A program made the position numbers and the translations under genes. From Candidatus Binatia bacterium (GTDB lineage Bacteria > Desulfobacterota > Binatia > UBA9968 > CAXXLF01), in the NCBI GenBank assembly GCA_963664015.2, contig CAXXLF010000002.1, positions 288,001 to 352,000 on the forward strand: 64,000 bases of DNA. Reading direction: 5' to 3'. The notes under the pieces were generated by a model that saw only the letters and a list, made by a program, of their open reading frames with translations, was not told the DNA's origin and made no database searches. Positions 29,022-39,898 of the stretch are shown piece after piece; the first letter of the stretch is position 1, and each line of letters begins with the position of its first letter.

Positions 29022-30129
29022 ATGATAAAAGCTTCAGGCTTGCGAAAGACCTATCCCGTTTAACATGACGACGTGCACGAGGTGCGCGCCGTCAATGGAA
29101 TAAGTTTTGACATCTCTACAGGCTCATTCGATAGCCTTTTGGGTCCCAGCGGGTGCGGCAAGAGTACGGCGCTGCGATGTGTAGCGGGGTTGAAAACACC
29201 GGATGCGGGAGAGATCACCATCGGGTGATCAGGTCGTATTTTCTTTGGAGAAGCAAATCTTTATACCCCTAACAAAGGGACGTCGGAATGGTCTACCAGT
29301 CCTATGCCATTTGGCCTCACATGAACGTCTTCGAGAACGTAGCCTTCCCTTTGAAGGTCAAATGGAAGAGACGGCCGGCAAATGAGATTCGAGAGAAGGG
29401 AAGAGAGGGCTTAAGAATGGTCGGGTTGGAGGGTTTCAAGACCGTCCCTCGATTCAATTGAACGGAGGCCAGCAGCAGCGAGTCGCGGTAGCCAGGGCCC
29501 TGGCACAGGAACCCAAGGCCCTATTGATGGACGAACCATTGAGCAATCTGGACGCCAAGCTGCGGGAGCAGATGCGAGTCGAGCTGACAGAGTCATTAAC
29601 ACGTTTAAACCTCACCACGCTTTACGTGACCCATGACCAGTTGGAAGTGTTTACCCTGTCCCAAGCCATCGGGGTTATGAACGACGGTATGATTGTTCAG
29701 GGAGGCGTCCCACTGGAGATTTATAATCGACCCACAAGTAAATTCATAGCTGATTTCGTCGGGCTCGCCAATTCCTTCAGGGGCAAGGTGGCCGGAGCCC
29801 AGAATCCCAATGCACTGGCGCTTGTCGACAGCACTATTGGGCGCTTGCGTTGTCTCATTCCGGATACATTACAAAAAGGGAATGAGGTGATCGGAGCAAC
29901 CAGGCCTGAGAATATCGAGACAATGATGGAACCTTCTAGCACTGGCGAGAATTGCATCCCAGGCAAGATCAAGAGCGCAACCTTCCTTGGCGCAACCTGT
30001 GACTGTCCTGTTTTAGTCGGCGAAGAAATCGTGCGTGTTTGGTTGTACCCGATGTCCGACGTGAAAAAGGATCAGCCGATCTCTTTAAAATTTCCCGTCG
30101 TGAATTGTTCAGTCATTGGGTTGAACTAG
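29022..30129 (+). pseudogene. ABC transporter ATP-binding protein (AfuC/PotA-like), disrupted
   Basis: MIKASGLRKTYPV-TAA...[10 protein letters not shown], frameshifts at 29220-29460, then NGGQQQRVA, LLMDEP and VTHDQ. Confidence 0.88.
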
Positions 30130-30141
30130 AAAGGATATTTT

Positions 30142-30579
30142 TTAGTCCGGGTTTTCTTTACCCGTCCGAGGTCTGAACTTGGGAAGGGATATTTTAACGT
30201 CGGCCTCCTCAAAGACCACCTCAACGGGCATACCGATGGCCACGCAATCCAATAGGCAATCCACAACGTTACTGCACAACCTTGGCCCCTCATCCAGTTC
30301 TATCCAGGCGACAATGTAGGGGACCTCTTTTTCGAATCCTTTACCTCCTCGGGGGGTAACTTGCCGAATGATCGTAAACGAATAAACCGTTCCCTTTCCG
30401 CTAACGCCACTCCATTCCAATTGGTCGCTGCCGCACTCCGTACATGCGGGACGAGGAGTCCAGACGAATTCGTTACAGGCGCGGCAATGCTGGAGCGCAA
30501 GCCGATGTTCCCGCATCGCATTCCAAAAAGGTTCGGTCAATGGTGTGATGCTAGGAAGGGGTTTTATCTCATCGGCCAT
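30142..30579 (-). CDS. DUF35 Zn-ribbon/OB-fold protein
   Basis: CRAC...P...CTECG, GKGTVYSFT, ELDEGPR and IGMPVEV.F. Confidence 0.9.
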   Translation of the reverse strand: MADEIKPLPSITPLTEPFWNAMREHRLALQHCRACNEFVWTPRPACTECGSDQLEWSGVSGKGTVYSFTIIRQVTPRGGKGFEKEVPYIVAWIELDEGPRLCSNVVDCLLDCVAIGMPVEVVFEEADVKISLPKFRPRTGKENPD

Positions 30580-30582
30580 CGA

Positions 30583-31773
30583 TTATGGCTCCTTGCCCAG
30601 GATGGCCACTGAGGTACAACCCAGGTTCTTACCATACGCCGTCGCGCCCAGCCCCGTGATCAAGCCAATCCGGGCATCCTTGACCTGCCGACCCATGGCT
30701 TCACTCCTGAGTTGACGCACCGCTTCCCCGATATGCACCATTCCTCCTGCAGTGGAGGGCTGTCCACAGTTGATGATCCCGCCGCCTGTCTGGATGGGTA
30801 GCTGCCCCTGATAGGAGAAATCGGTGGATTCGAAAAAAGGGATATCACCTTTACGACAAAAACCCAGGTCTTCGATCTGCATAAGGACGATGATCACGTA
30901 GTCGTCATACAGGCCTAGAAAATCGATTTCCCCATGGGTAACACCAGCCATCTTGAAAGCTTTCTCGCCGGCATCCCGAATCCCCATAATTAATGGATCG
31001 GAACTGGATCTCGGCCCAAAACTCGGGTTGTCCCTTTCGCCGAAACCTAAAAGATAAACGGGCGGTTTCGCCAGTTGCCGGGCTCTTTCAGGAGATGCAA
31101 CGATAAACGCCTTGCCTCCATTGGCCGGCATCACACAATCCAGGAGCCGTATAGGATCGGCAATGAGCCTTGAAGTTTTGTAATCCTCAAGTGTCATGGG
31201 TTTGTTCAAATAGGCGCTGGGGTTTAGCGAGGCGTGATACCGTGCCGTTACCGCTATTTTTCCCAGATGATCCAGCGACGTGCCGAACTCATGCATGTGT
31301 CGTCGCATGACTAGAGCGATCCTACTGTTGGGGCCCATCATGCCATAGGGAAGCTCAAAATCACGAGTTTCTTCCGACTGGACACTCGTATGGGATTCTG
31401 AGAAAGGTGCCGCTGCCGCCACACAGAGAACCAGGTCCACCAACCCCGCACTGATGGCTGCGGACGCCTGACCTAAAAGAGACACGGCACTTGCGCCACC
31501 ATTGCCCCCCGCCATGAGGAGCCCCGGAGAGATCCCCAGGATTTCCGCGGCCTCTTCGGGCCAGAAAGGTTGACTGTAGTTAGCCGTGTAGATCGCTGCG
31601 AGACCTTGTCCCTCAAGATCCTTCTTTTCCAGACCGGCATCCTCCAGGGCCAATCGCGCAGCCCAGGACAGGTATTGGGCCATCGTCTTGCGTGGCTCTC
31701 CGGGCTTTCGCCCCATGCGGTCCACGGGAGTCTCACCGCAACCCACAATAGCCGCTTTTCCCTTGATACTCAT
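30583..31773 (-). CDS. thiolase-like protein (SCP2/Ltp2 type, no catalytic Cys)
   Basis: AAIVGCGET, LLDCV, LYDDY and QT.GG; paired with DUF35. Confidence 0.88.
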   Translation of the reverse strand: MSIKGKAAIVGCGETPVDRMGRKPGEPRKTMAQYLSWAARLALEDAGLEKKDLEGQGLAAIYTANYSQPFWPEEAAEILGISPGLLMAGGNGGASAVSLLGQASAAISAGLVDLVLCVAAAAPFSESHTSVQSEETRDFELPYGMMGPNSRIALVMRRHMHEFGTSLDHLGKIAVTARYHASLNPSAYLNKPMTLEDYKTSRLIADPIRLLDCVMPANGGKAFIVASPERARQLAKPPVYLLGFGERDNPSFGPRSSSDPLIMGIRDAGEKAFKMAGVTHGEIDFLGLYDDYVIIVLMQIEDLGFCRKGDIPFFESTDFSYQGQLPIQTGGGIINCGQPSTAGGMVHIGEAVRQLRSEAMGRQVKDARIGLITGLGATAYGKNLGCTSVAILGKEP

Positions 31774-31799
31774 GATCTCTCCAGAGGAAGCATTCGAGC

Positions 31800-32975
31800 T
31801 TAGACCACACCTTCCGTTTTGAGTTTCTGAATACTGGAATCGTCGTAATTGAGCCTTTTTAAAACCTCGTCCGTATGTTCTCCCAGGATGGGTGGTGCCG
31901 ACTTGATTTCAGGCGGAGTACGGCTCAGGTTAATCCCGCTTCCCACCAAACGCATGGACCCCATTCGTGGATGGGTCACTTCGACAGGAAAGCCGTACTC
32001 TTTTATTTGCGGGTCCTCAAATACCTCATCCAACGTGTTTATAGGCGAACAGGGCACATCTCGTTCGCGCAGCCGCCGGATCCAGTCCCCTCTACGTCCG
32101 CCCCCAAAGACGGCCTGCAGTTGTGCCCCAAGCTCGTCGTGATTCTCCGTCCTCGCTGACCGCTCGCTAAAGCGAGGATCACTCGCCCACTCGGGTTTTC
32201 CGACCACCTCCAGCAGTCCCTGCCAGAATTTCTTCGGTGAAGAGAGGTGGATCACAAAAGGCAGGCCATCCCGGTCAACGAAGGCGAAGACGCCGGCCGT
32301 GTGGGTCCTTTCGGCCCGACGCGGCACAATACCGGTCTCGAAGAAGCGCACCGCGTTCTCGCTCAAGAACGAAACCGAGGAACGCAGGAGCGACGTCTCC
32401 ACCCATTGTCCTTCGCCGGTGACTCCACGATTTACCAGGGCGGCCAGGATGCCATAAGAAGCATAGATACCAGACAGGTGATCCGAAAGGGAAATGCCCA
32501 TTCCCTGCGGTTTTTCCGGATCAGTGAGAAGACTCAGTAGGCCGCTCATGGCCTGACCCACCGTATCGTATCCCGGCAAGTCACGGTAGGGCCCCTCCTG
32601 ACCATATCCACTGATGGAACAGTAGACAATTCTTGGATTGATTGAATGAATGGTCTCGTAATCCAACCCCCGCCGCTTCATCGCACCCGGTCGCAGGTTT
32701 TCCACTAGCACGTCGGATTCGGATGCGAGCTTCAGAAATATCTCTTTTCCCTTGGGCTGACCGATATCCAGCGTTAGGCTTTTCTTGTTGCGGTTCAGGC
32801 TGCGAAAATTTGAGGCATAGCCATTCTCCCCCCATCCTCGAAAAGGATCTCCTTCTCCTGGAGTTTCAACTTTGATTATCTCCGCACCAAGATCCGCTAA
32901 AAGTAGCGAGGCAAAGGGTCCTGAAACATAGCTCGCGAGTTCCAAAACCCGGATTCCGTCAAGTGCACCACTCAT
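31800..32975 (-). CDS. CaiB/BaiF (family III) CoA transferase
   Basis: LADLGAEIIKVE, NRNKKS, ENLRPG and PGYD. Start placed at MSGAL after a GGAGG RBS. Confidence 0.93.
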   Translation of the reverse strand: MSGALDGIRVLELASYVSGPFASLLLADLGAEIIKVETPGEGDPFRGWGENGYASNFRSLNRNKKSLTLDIGQPKGKEIFLKLASESDVLVENLRPGAMKRRGLDYETIHSINPRIVYCSISGYGQEGPYRDLPGYDTVGQAMSGLLSLLTDPEKPQGMGISLSDHLSGIYASYGILAALVNRGVTGEGQWVETSLLRSSVSFLSENAVRFFETGIVPRRAERTHTAGVFAFVDRDGLPFVIHLSSPKKFWQGLLEVVGKPEWASDPRFSERSARTENHDELGAQLQAVFGGGRRGDWIRRLRERDVPCSPINTLDEVFEDPQIKEYGFPVEVTHPRMGSMRLVGSGINLSRTPPEIKSAPPILGEHTDEVLKRLNYDDSSIQKLKTEGVV

Positions 32976-33054
32976 GTATATCCTCCGACCTTCTTTATAC
33001 CTCCGATATACTTCAGCCCCACTTAGACCCGCTTGAGGCATCCTCAAAGGACCG

Positions 33055-33773
33055 TCAGGGCGCTTTTAGGAAAAATATCTGCCCGGTTACATTTTCAGTG
33101 GCTTCGGATATTAAATACCGGAAGAGTCCGACGATTTCCTCCACCGGTGTAAAGCCCCCTGCAGCGGCGACATGACCTTGCGCCGTTTCCATGCCTCATC
33201 GGAAGTACCCGCTCGGGACATGGGCGTATCCGTCCGTCCGGGAGCGAGAGCATTGACCAGTATCCTGCGGGGCGCAAGCTCAGCGGCCAGTGACTTGGTA
33301 AATGCGATCACTCCGCCTTTGGAGGCCGCATAGTGGGCCGCGTTGGGAGCACCGGCAACACCCCTTCCCGATGCGATGCTAAGAATCCGCCCCTTTTCTT
33401 TTTTAACCATGTGCCTGGCGACCGCCTGGGAGCAAAGAAAAACCCCCTTGAGGTTGGTGCCTAGAACCCGGTCCCACTCCTCTTCGGTGATATCATTAAC
33501 CGGGTGGCGCGGCATGATACCGGCCCCATTGAGAAGGACATCGATCGTACCGAAATGACCGAGCGTCGTCTCAACCAGTTGTTCAACGCTACCCTTACAG
33601 CTGACGTCCACCTGCACCGCCAAAGCTTCAGCACCGAGATCGTTGGCAAGACGTTCGGCTCCATGGCCGGCATAGTCGGCGATGACCACCTTGTGGCCAT
33701 CACCCACAAGCCCCGTACAAATAGAAGATCCGATTCCCCCCGCTCCCCCAGTGACGATCACCACCTGTGGCAT
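33055..33773 (-). pseudogene. SDR oxidoreductase with C-terminal frameshift
   Basis: TGGAGGIG and YAASK. A frameshift in the G5 run near 33157 moves the natural tail GFTPVEEIVGLFRYLISEATENVTGQIFFLKAP to another frame. A homopolymer sequencing error is possible. Confidence 0.7.
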
Positions 33774-33824
33774 AAAGCACCTCTCTCCTTTAACGAATCA
33801 CTGTGCCAGGCAAGTCCACCCCTG

Positions 33825-34397
33825 TTACCCCAATGCTGGCATAACTTCTTTTGCAAACAAACTCATAGACCTTTTAATGTCCTCGTGGGCGATTCCGCCG
33901 AAATTAAAGGTTGTCATCAAGGTATCGAATAGATAGTTCCGCATAGAATTGTTAATGATTTGAATAAATTGCTCCGGATTCCAGTAGCAGTTTCACCCGG
34001 AAGCCAACATTCCCTGCCAGTCATAGACGCTTCCCGGTGGAAGCGGCTCCTTGCGGCCGATCCGAGATACATCGTCGTATCGGGCTATGGCTGCCGTTCC
34101 TATTTCCTCGGCCCGCTTAGAGTTTTGGTTGACATAGATACGCAAGTGAAGCTGGCAGTGGTGCGCCGAGGGATCATGTCCCTGGGCAACCAACCCCTCC
34201 CGCCATGCCTCCACTCCTTTCCCCACCGACTCTGGAGGGTGAGGATGGGCGACCGTCATAATATGATAGCCTTGTCGGCCCGCCCAACCCAGCTCCTCTG
34301 CCAAGCATACCTGTTCGAGCACCTGTTGGTAGAAAATGTCATAAGGCGGATCACGGTCGGGGTAATAGGTTGAAAGTAGATTAATATAGAAACGCAC
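33825..34397 (-). pseudogene. LLM-class (luciferase-like) flavin monooxygenase, internally deleted
   Basis: N-terminal YQQVLEQVCLAEELGW is joined directly to AGRQGYHIM. An in-frame TGA at 33995-33993 precedes the tail IKRSMSLFAKEVMPAL. Confidence 0.82.
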
Positions 34398-34600
34398 GGG
34401 GCCCTCGTTTTTCCTTCCCGCCATCCACAGCCCAATACTCATTCAGCGCTGAAGGGCATACTATGTAATCAGAGAGATGAGAGCAAGAGAGGAACCGACC
34501 TAGGGAATGCCCCATTTTCCCCATTCCAACACGACAGGCCATAGTTGCGCCGGCAGAATGATTATGAATATAGTCCCGTATCGAACCTTTCGGAGGTTTC

Positions 34601-35311
34601 ATGGCGCTGTTACAAGTTGGCGGAACGTTTCCAGAGGCAACGCTCCAGGACATTGATGGAAAATCGGTGAATTCCCCAGAAGTCTTCTGATTGGCTCCCG
34701 CCACCGTTGTGTTTTTCTTTTGCGGCCAGTGGTGACCCTGGTGCCGGGCGCAGGTTGCCGCCTTCATTTACGAATACGAAAGGTTTAGAGAAAATCAGGT
34801 TGGAATCCTTGGCATGAGTCCACAGACTTCAGACCATGGCAGGCAACTCCGGGAGCGGAGCATTCGGGATGCCCGGTTTGACCAGGCCGCCCATAACAGT
34901 CATCATGAATTCTGGAGCGATTCCCATAGCGCTTTTCCGGTCCGGCTCATCAGAGACCCCGCATGTGAACTGAGCCGAAAGGTTGGTGCCGAACGGGAGA
35001 GACATTGGATGGGCACGATGCTCTATGCAACGACCTTCCTGGTGGACTCCGAGGGGCGCATCCGATGGAACTTTCAATCCCAGAGAGCTCACCGGTGGCC
35101 CAGTCCCGTGTGGCTCGCAACCGCTGCGTCGAACCTTATAAAAGGACAGCCCATACGGGATTATATTGAGAACTGGCCCAGTGGGCGACGACATCGTTAC
35201 CGGCCGAACCTTGACAGCCCCCGCATGGATTGGCTATTTTCGCCCCATCGTATTCAAAAGATCAACGGATCACGCACTGGCGAGGAAAAGGAAGAGAGGA
35301 TGCAATTATGA
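34601..35311 (+). CDS. AhpC/TSA-redoxin family protein with W-U-P-W-C motif (selenoprotein, possibly inactivated by a second upstream TGA)
   Basis: GGAGG RBS and ATG at 34601. Translation: LQVGGTFPEATLQDIDGKSV...F-(TGA 34688)-LAPATVVFFFCGQW-(TGA 34733)-PWCRAQ...GILGMS...ATTFLVDSEGRIRW, all in one frame. Confidence 0.72.
34747..34762 (+). promoter_or_regulatory. candidate bacterial SECIS hairpin
   Basis: GGC-GCA-GGT-TGC-C-GCC starts 11 nt after TGA 34733-34735 and resembles the E. coli fdhF apical GCAGGU element. Confidence 0.65.
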
Positions 35312-36219
35312 AAATACTGCGTTTCAACGATGATCGGGTCGGCGCACTCAAAAGCGGAAATAAAATGGTGGATCTTAGCGATACCATCCAATACCGGATT
35401 GAAAAGGGACCCCAAAGAGTCATCGAAGAGGTGATCGAGAATTTTGACGCCCGACGCGTTGAATACGAGCAAATCGTCGCCCGAGAAGCCGCTGTTCCTC
35501 TGAGCAGCGTTAAACTCCTGGTCCCGGTTCCCCGGCCCAGCAAGTGCCTGGCTGCCTTTTCCAATTACAAGGACAGCCCGGATCGGGACCCCAGCACCAT
35601 GCACAACGAATTCTTCCACAAAGCCCCGGAGCTCCTCGGTCCCGAGGGAACCGTTGAATTATTGGACATTCCACCGGTTGTGGTCTTTCAGCCTGAGGCC
35701 GAGCTGGCCTACGTTATCGGAAAACAGGCAAAGAATGTAAAAGAAGCCGATGCTCTGAACTACGTCTTTGGATACGTTCCGTTCGTAGACATCTCAGCCA
35801 GGGGTATGCTTCGGCGCAGCCAGTTTGTACCCAAGGGACAGGACACCTACGGTCCCTGTGGCCCCTGGATCACCACAAAGGACGAAGTTGCCGCTCCCCA
35901 CGATCTGAACGTGAAATCCTGGGTTAATGGAAAACCGCGGCAAGATTACAATACTAAGCATATGGTCCACAGTATACCGGACCAGATCGCATGGCTCAGC
36001 AAACACATTCAGCTTCAGCCAGGAGATGTTATAACGACGGGGACTTTTCACGTGGGACTCGGACCCATCAATGATGGGGATGTCTTTGAGATTGAGGTAG
36101 TGAATTTAGGGAAAGCCCGCTTCTTTATTAAGAGCCAGGGTCCACGGAAGGATAACGAATGGCTACCGGGGACCTCTCAGCCTTCCAAGCCTACGGTTGG
36201 GGGCATGCACAAGGTTTGA
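35308..36219 (+). CDS. fumarylacetoacetate hydrolase family protein
   Basis: PEAELAYVIGK, DISAR, KGQDTYGPCGP and LQPGDVITTGT. Confidence 0.92.
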   Translation: MKILRFNDDRVGALKSGNKMVDLSDTIQYRIEKGPQRVIEEVIENFDARRVEYEQIVAREAAVPLSSVKLLVPVPRPSKCLAAFSNYKDSPDRDPSTMHNEFFHKAPELLGPEGTVELLDIPPVVVFQPEAELAYVIGKQAKNVKEADALNYVFGYVPFVDISARGMLRRSQFVPKGQDTYGPCGPWITTKDEVAAPHDLNVKSWVNGKPRQDYNTKHMVHSIPDQIAWLSKHIQLQPGDVITTGTFHVGLGPINDGDVFEIEVVNLGKARFFIKSQGPRKDNEWLPGTSQPSKPTVGGMHKV

Positions 36220-36271
36220 GGAAGAATCGTTACCGATTAATAAATAGTATTTAGGGGTTCGATTAAGAACG

Positions 36272-36340
36272 ACTCGCGCACAGTCGCAAGGGGCGCCAAG
36301 TTCGGAAAAAATAGCTTAATCTTTTTCTTTGCGTGCTTGA
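36272..36340. repeat. degenerate REP-like palindromic element
   Basis: ctcgcgcacagtcgcaaggggcgccaag...ctttgcgtgcttga between convergent genes. Confidence 0.45.
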
Positions 36341-36560
36341 CTCACCCTAATCATCCCGAGATTGATCTGACCCCTGTCGGGGTTCTCGCCGAAAAAACCT
36401 TGCCACACTCATTCTATTTAGGTTGGCTGAAGTTTGAGAAGCTTCCTAGCATTCTCTGGAGGCTCTTGAACCCCTGTCAGATACTTATGAAGGCGAGACC
36501 TATTTGGCCCGTGGGGGTAATGTGCCGAACTTGCCCCGAAGTAACTCCCCCAAGATCCAG

Positions 36561-37310
36561 TCAAAGGGCTAGAATGCCACCCTCCACGAGACTATCGGTC
36601 CCCGTGATAAAATCCGTTTCGTCACAGGCGAGGAATACTGCAAAATTCGCGACGTCCGCAGGGACACACTGCCGCCCAATAAGATTTTCGATCTTTCCGT
36701 AAACCCGTGGCTTTTCCCCGGGCCCCACGGAGGTCATTACCCTGTTGGGTGTAATGCTGTTGACGCGGATACGGTAGGGGGCCAGTTGAACGGCCAGCGA
36801 TCGGGTCAAGTTCAGTACTCCACCTTTTGCCGACGGATAAGCCGTGGCGTCTTTCCTTCCGCGGTGGCCCGATGTGGATGCGATATTGATGATGCGTCCG
36901 CCCTCACCTCGGTCTACCATCTTCCTGCCCACATACTTGCTGCAGAGAAAGACACTTTTCAGTGTTGCACCAATCACTCGATCCCAGTCCGCTTCTTCCA
37001 ATTCTAGGACGTTTTTTCGATCTACGACGCCCACGTTGTTGACCAGTATGTCCACCTTCCCCCACTGTCTTATCACCTGCTCCACCATCTTTTGCACAGC
37101 GGCGCTCGACGAGACATCGCACTGCACGGGCAGGGTGGCATCGGGGTGCCTTGAGTTAATAGACGCGGCCACGGACTGGACCCGGTCTTCCACAAGATCC
37201 ACTACCGCAACCCGCGCCCCTTCCTCAACATAAGCGCGCGCAATGGCTTCCCCCACATTACGGCCTGATCCCGTCACGATCGCAACACGGTTTTCCAGTC
37301 TTTTAGCCAT
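36561..37310 (-). CDS. SDR oxidoreductase (close paralog of 4145-4915)
   Basis: TGSGRNVG and YPSAK; shares RIINIASTSGHRGR.DATAY..AKGGVLNLTRSLA with the paralog. Confidence 0.92.
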   Translation of the reverse strand: MAKRLENRVAIVTGSGRNVGEAIARAYVEEGARVAVVDLVEDRVQSVAASINSRHPDATLPVQCDVSSSAAVQKMVEQVIRQWGKVDILVNNVGVVDRKNVLELEEADWDRVIGATLKSVFLCSKYVGRKMVDRGEGGRIINIASTSGHRGRKDATAYPSAKGGVLNLTRSLAVQLAPYRIRVNSITPNRVMTSVGPGEKPRVYGKIENLIGRQCVPADVANFAVFLACDETDFITGTDSLVEGGILAL

Positions 37311-37571
37311 AGGCCCCTCCCTCAATAAGTGAATCTGGTTAGACTCCTATAGGACTGCAGCGCTTGAGTCAATGAATTGCTGATCTCCACGGAGCAAGAA
37401 GTGCACCGTAAGTTAAGACAGAGTAGGGTCAAGACTGCTGTGAACTATTGGACGGTTCCAGCGAACCTCATTTAGCTGGGGTCTCGGTTTCACCAGGCAC
37501 CGCGACTCTGAAAATCCTAGCCCTGGGTGAAGCGAATGAGATCAACTTTGGAGCTGTCCGGACCTGCTCCG

Positions 37572-38491
37572 CTAAGGTCGAACGATAGTGCGGTCCAGTC
37601 CGACGCCCAACGGGCCCCGAGGAAGCTTCACTTCAAGGATTTCACCGCCGCGTCGAATCTCCACCGGGACCGTTTCACCCATAATTCCTTTGGCCGTCGC
37701 CTCCCTGAGATCCCTGGAGGAGAAGACGCGGCTACCGTAGTAGCGGAAAATAATATCGCCCGACTGAAGGCCGCTCTGTACAGCAGGCGAGCTCTCCATA
37801 ACCGAATCCACTTGAAGGCGATTGGGTCGCTCTCTGGCAAAGAGAAAACGATCGTAACAATCCTCACCGAGTTCATCTCTCATGCCATTACGCAATTGCC
37901 CGGACGCTTCGCAGTATTCGAGAGTGCGAAGCTAGCCTTCCCGCCTGGCCTGGTGACGAAGGTAGAGGCGCTCCATCTCGATCTTGCTGGCGCGCTTTTT
38001 GAGCTGCGTCCTGCTGGTGGCATCAAAACCGACGGCAAGGAACCTCGCCTCACTAACCTTCTCCGGGTCCTCGGCCGTTTCTTTCTTCCCTACTTTGTGA
38101 GCCTCCTCTTCCGATGAGGATTCACACGAGCCGTTAGCAACGGCCGTTTGCAACTGCCTTACTTGATTTTGAAGCGCGGCAAGGCGCCTTTCCAGCCGGC
38201 GGCGATTGGAAACCTCCTCGGTGAGAAGATCCGCCAGAACAGCGACCGTGCCCAGGTCTCCCGTCGTATTCGTCGGCTTTGCCAATAGAGCCATTGCGTT
38301 TCCGTTTTTCAATGGATACCGGGGTGGTGATTAGTGTTATCCGTCGTGGGGGTTGTGGTTTCAGAAGCGGTTTTAATCAAAGCGATGGTCCCGCCATTTC
38401 GCTCCGGAAGAGCCTTTTAACCTATCGCCATGACACCTATGCCAATACCGATGACCAGCATCAAACCCATAGAAATTAGGCGTGCGTTCAT
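37572..38491 (-). pseudogene. membrane-anchored PDZ domain protein, disrupted
   Basis: N-terminal TM followed by TAA, a frameshift, a coiled coil, REG-TAG in frame, then the PDZ motif VMESSPAVQSGLQSGDII...VEIRRGG. Confidence 0.75.
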
Positions 38492-38636
38492 TGGCCAAAT
38501 CCTTTCCCCATTGCTGTTAGGCCTCACATCGCGCGGGTAGACATATTTATGGAGGAAAGCGCTACTTAGGCACGATTATCACATCGATAGAAGCAGTCAA
38601 GGACGCCAAGACCCGGCACATGCAGCATCCTTGCGT

Positions 38637-39884
38637 TTATGCGGGGGCATTACGAGGCATGGACTTACCGACCGTTCGCCAGCTGAGCGCTGTAAGGACC
38701 AGCCCGACTGCAGCGAAAGTCATGGCGCCGGCATACATGCCCGTGTAGCCAAAAGCGACGATCAGGGCACCGGCGAGAGGAGCTCCCAGCCCCTCTCCGA
38801 CGCGATAGGCCATGGAGAAGGTCGCCATGGCCTTACCCATTCGGCCGGGCGCCGCCAGGTCCATGGCAAAGGCATTCAAGGCCGGCTGGCCCAGAGAACT
38901 TCCGACTGAATACAGAAAACCCGCGACTATGAACATCTCGATACTGGCGGCTATGATGAAGATCGCGAAGGAGGCGATCATGGCACAGTAGCCCGCTGCA
39001 ATCCAAATGCCCCGGCCAACCCGGTCCACAAAGGGCCCCAGCAGAATTCGCGTCAATATGCCGGTCGCACCCCTCGTCACAAAATACAGGCTGATGTTTT
39101 GAATACCCAAGGCGTTGGCGTGCAACGGAACAAAGGCGAAGGTCACAGGCTGGGTCATAGTAACGCACACCAGCAGCAGGGAGGCCAGAAGCACAGGCCG
39201 TTCAATGAACGTCTCCAGGCTCCACTTCCCACGGGGCACCGTCAAAGCACCCCGGAAGGTAGTCCCGCTGCTGCCAATGGGAGGGATCATCCAGGCTGCC
39301 AACGTTGCCGCAAGACCTGCAACTCCCGCAAGCGCAAAGCCAGGGTAAAACTTCCCCGTGGTACTGAGGAGCCAGAGGGAGAGGGCCGGCGCGAAAGCCG
39401 ACGCGGTGGTCGTCGCAACAGAAGAGTAGCCGGCGGCTTCCGCACGGCGTGAGACTGGAGCGGTCAGCGCAACTCCGGTGGAGTGGCCCGTGCTGAAGGC
39501 ACCCCATCCCACACCCTTCACCGCGTTAGTGATAAACGCCAACCAAAGGGAAGGCACAATCAAGCTGGCACCGAAAGAGCCTAGAATCGTCGCCCCGCCG
39601 ATAAGGACCCCGCGCACACTCCACGTGTCGATCAGGTGGCCGATCAGGGGCCGCAAGATAAAGCTGGTAACGCTGAAGGCAGTGAATATGAGCCCCGCGA
39701 TCACCGGCGAGCCGCCGAGACTCTGTACGAACAGAGGCAACACTACCGAGACGAGAAGATGGCTGCAATAGCACAGCACGGTGACAACGCACAGTAGAGT
39801 AAAGCTCTGCGTCCATAGGGGCGGACGCTGGGAGCGCGATGGATCCACGCTCGTATGGGGGCCAGCAGATGGGACCTGCGTCAT
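38637..39884 (-). CDS. MFS transporter
   Basis: About 12 TM segments, GPFVDRVGRG; same subfamily as 284-1465. Confidence 0.92.
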   Translation of the reverse strand: MTQVPSAGPHTSVDPSRSQRPPLWTQSFTLLCVVTVLCYCSHLLVSVVLPLFVQSLGGSPVIAGLIFTAFSVTSFILRPLIGHLIDTWSVRGVLIGGATILGSFGASLIVPSLWLAFITNAVKGVGWGAFSTGHSTGVALTAPVSRRAEAAGYSSVATTTASAFAPALSLWLLSTTGKFYPGFALAGVAGLAATLAAWMIPPIGSSGTTFRGALTVPRGKWSLETFIERPVLLASLLLVCVTMTQPVTFAFVPLHANALGIQNISLYFVTRGATGILTRILLGPFVDRVGRGIWIAAGYCAMIASFAIFIIAASIEMFIVAGFLYSVGSSLGQPALNAFAMDLAAPGRMGKAMATFSMAYRVGEGLGAPLAGALIVAFGYTGMYAGAMTFAAVGLVLTALSWRTVGKSMPRNAPA

Positions 39885-39898
39885 TTTAACAAACTCCA

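Noticed and set aside
33993-33995. Selenocysteine in the LLM monooxygenase
   Set aside because: The gene is already internally deleted and no SECIS-like hairpin is evident. A CGA-to-TGA mutation is simpler.
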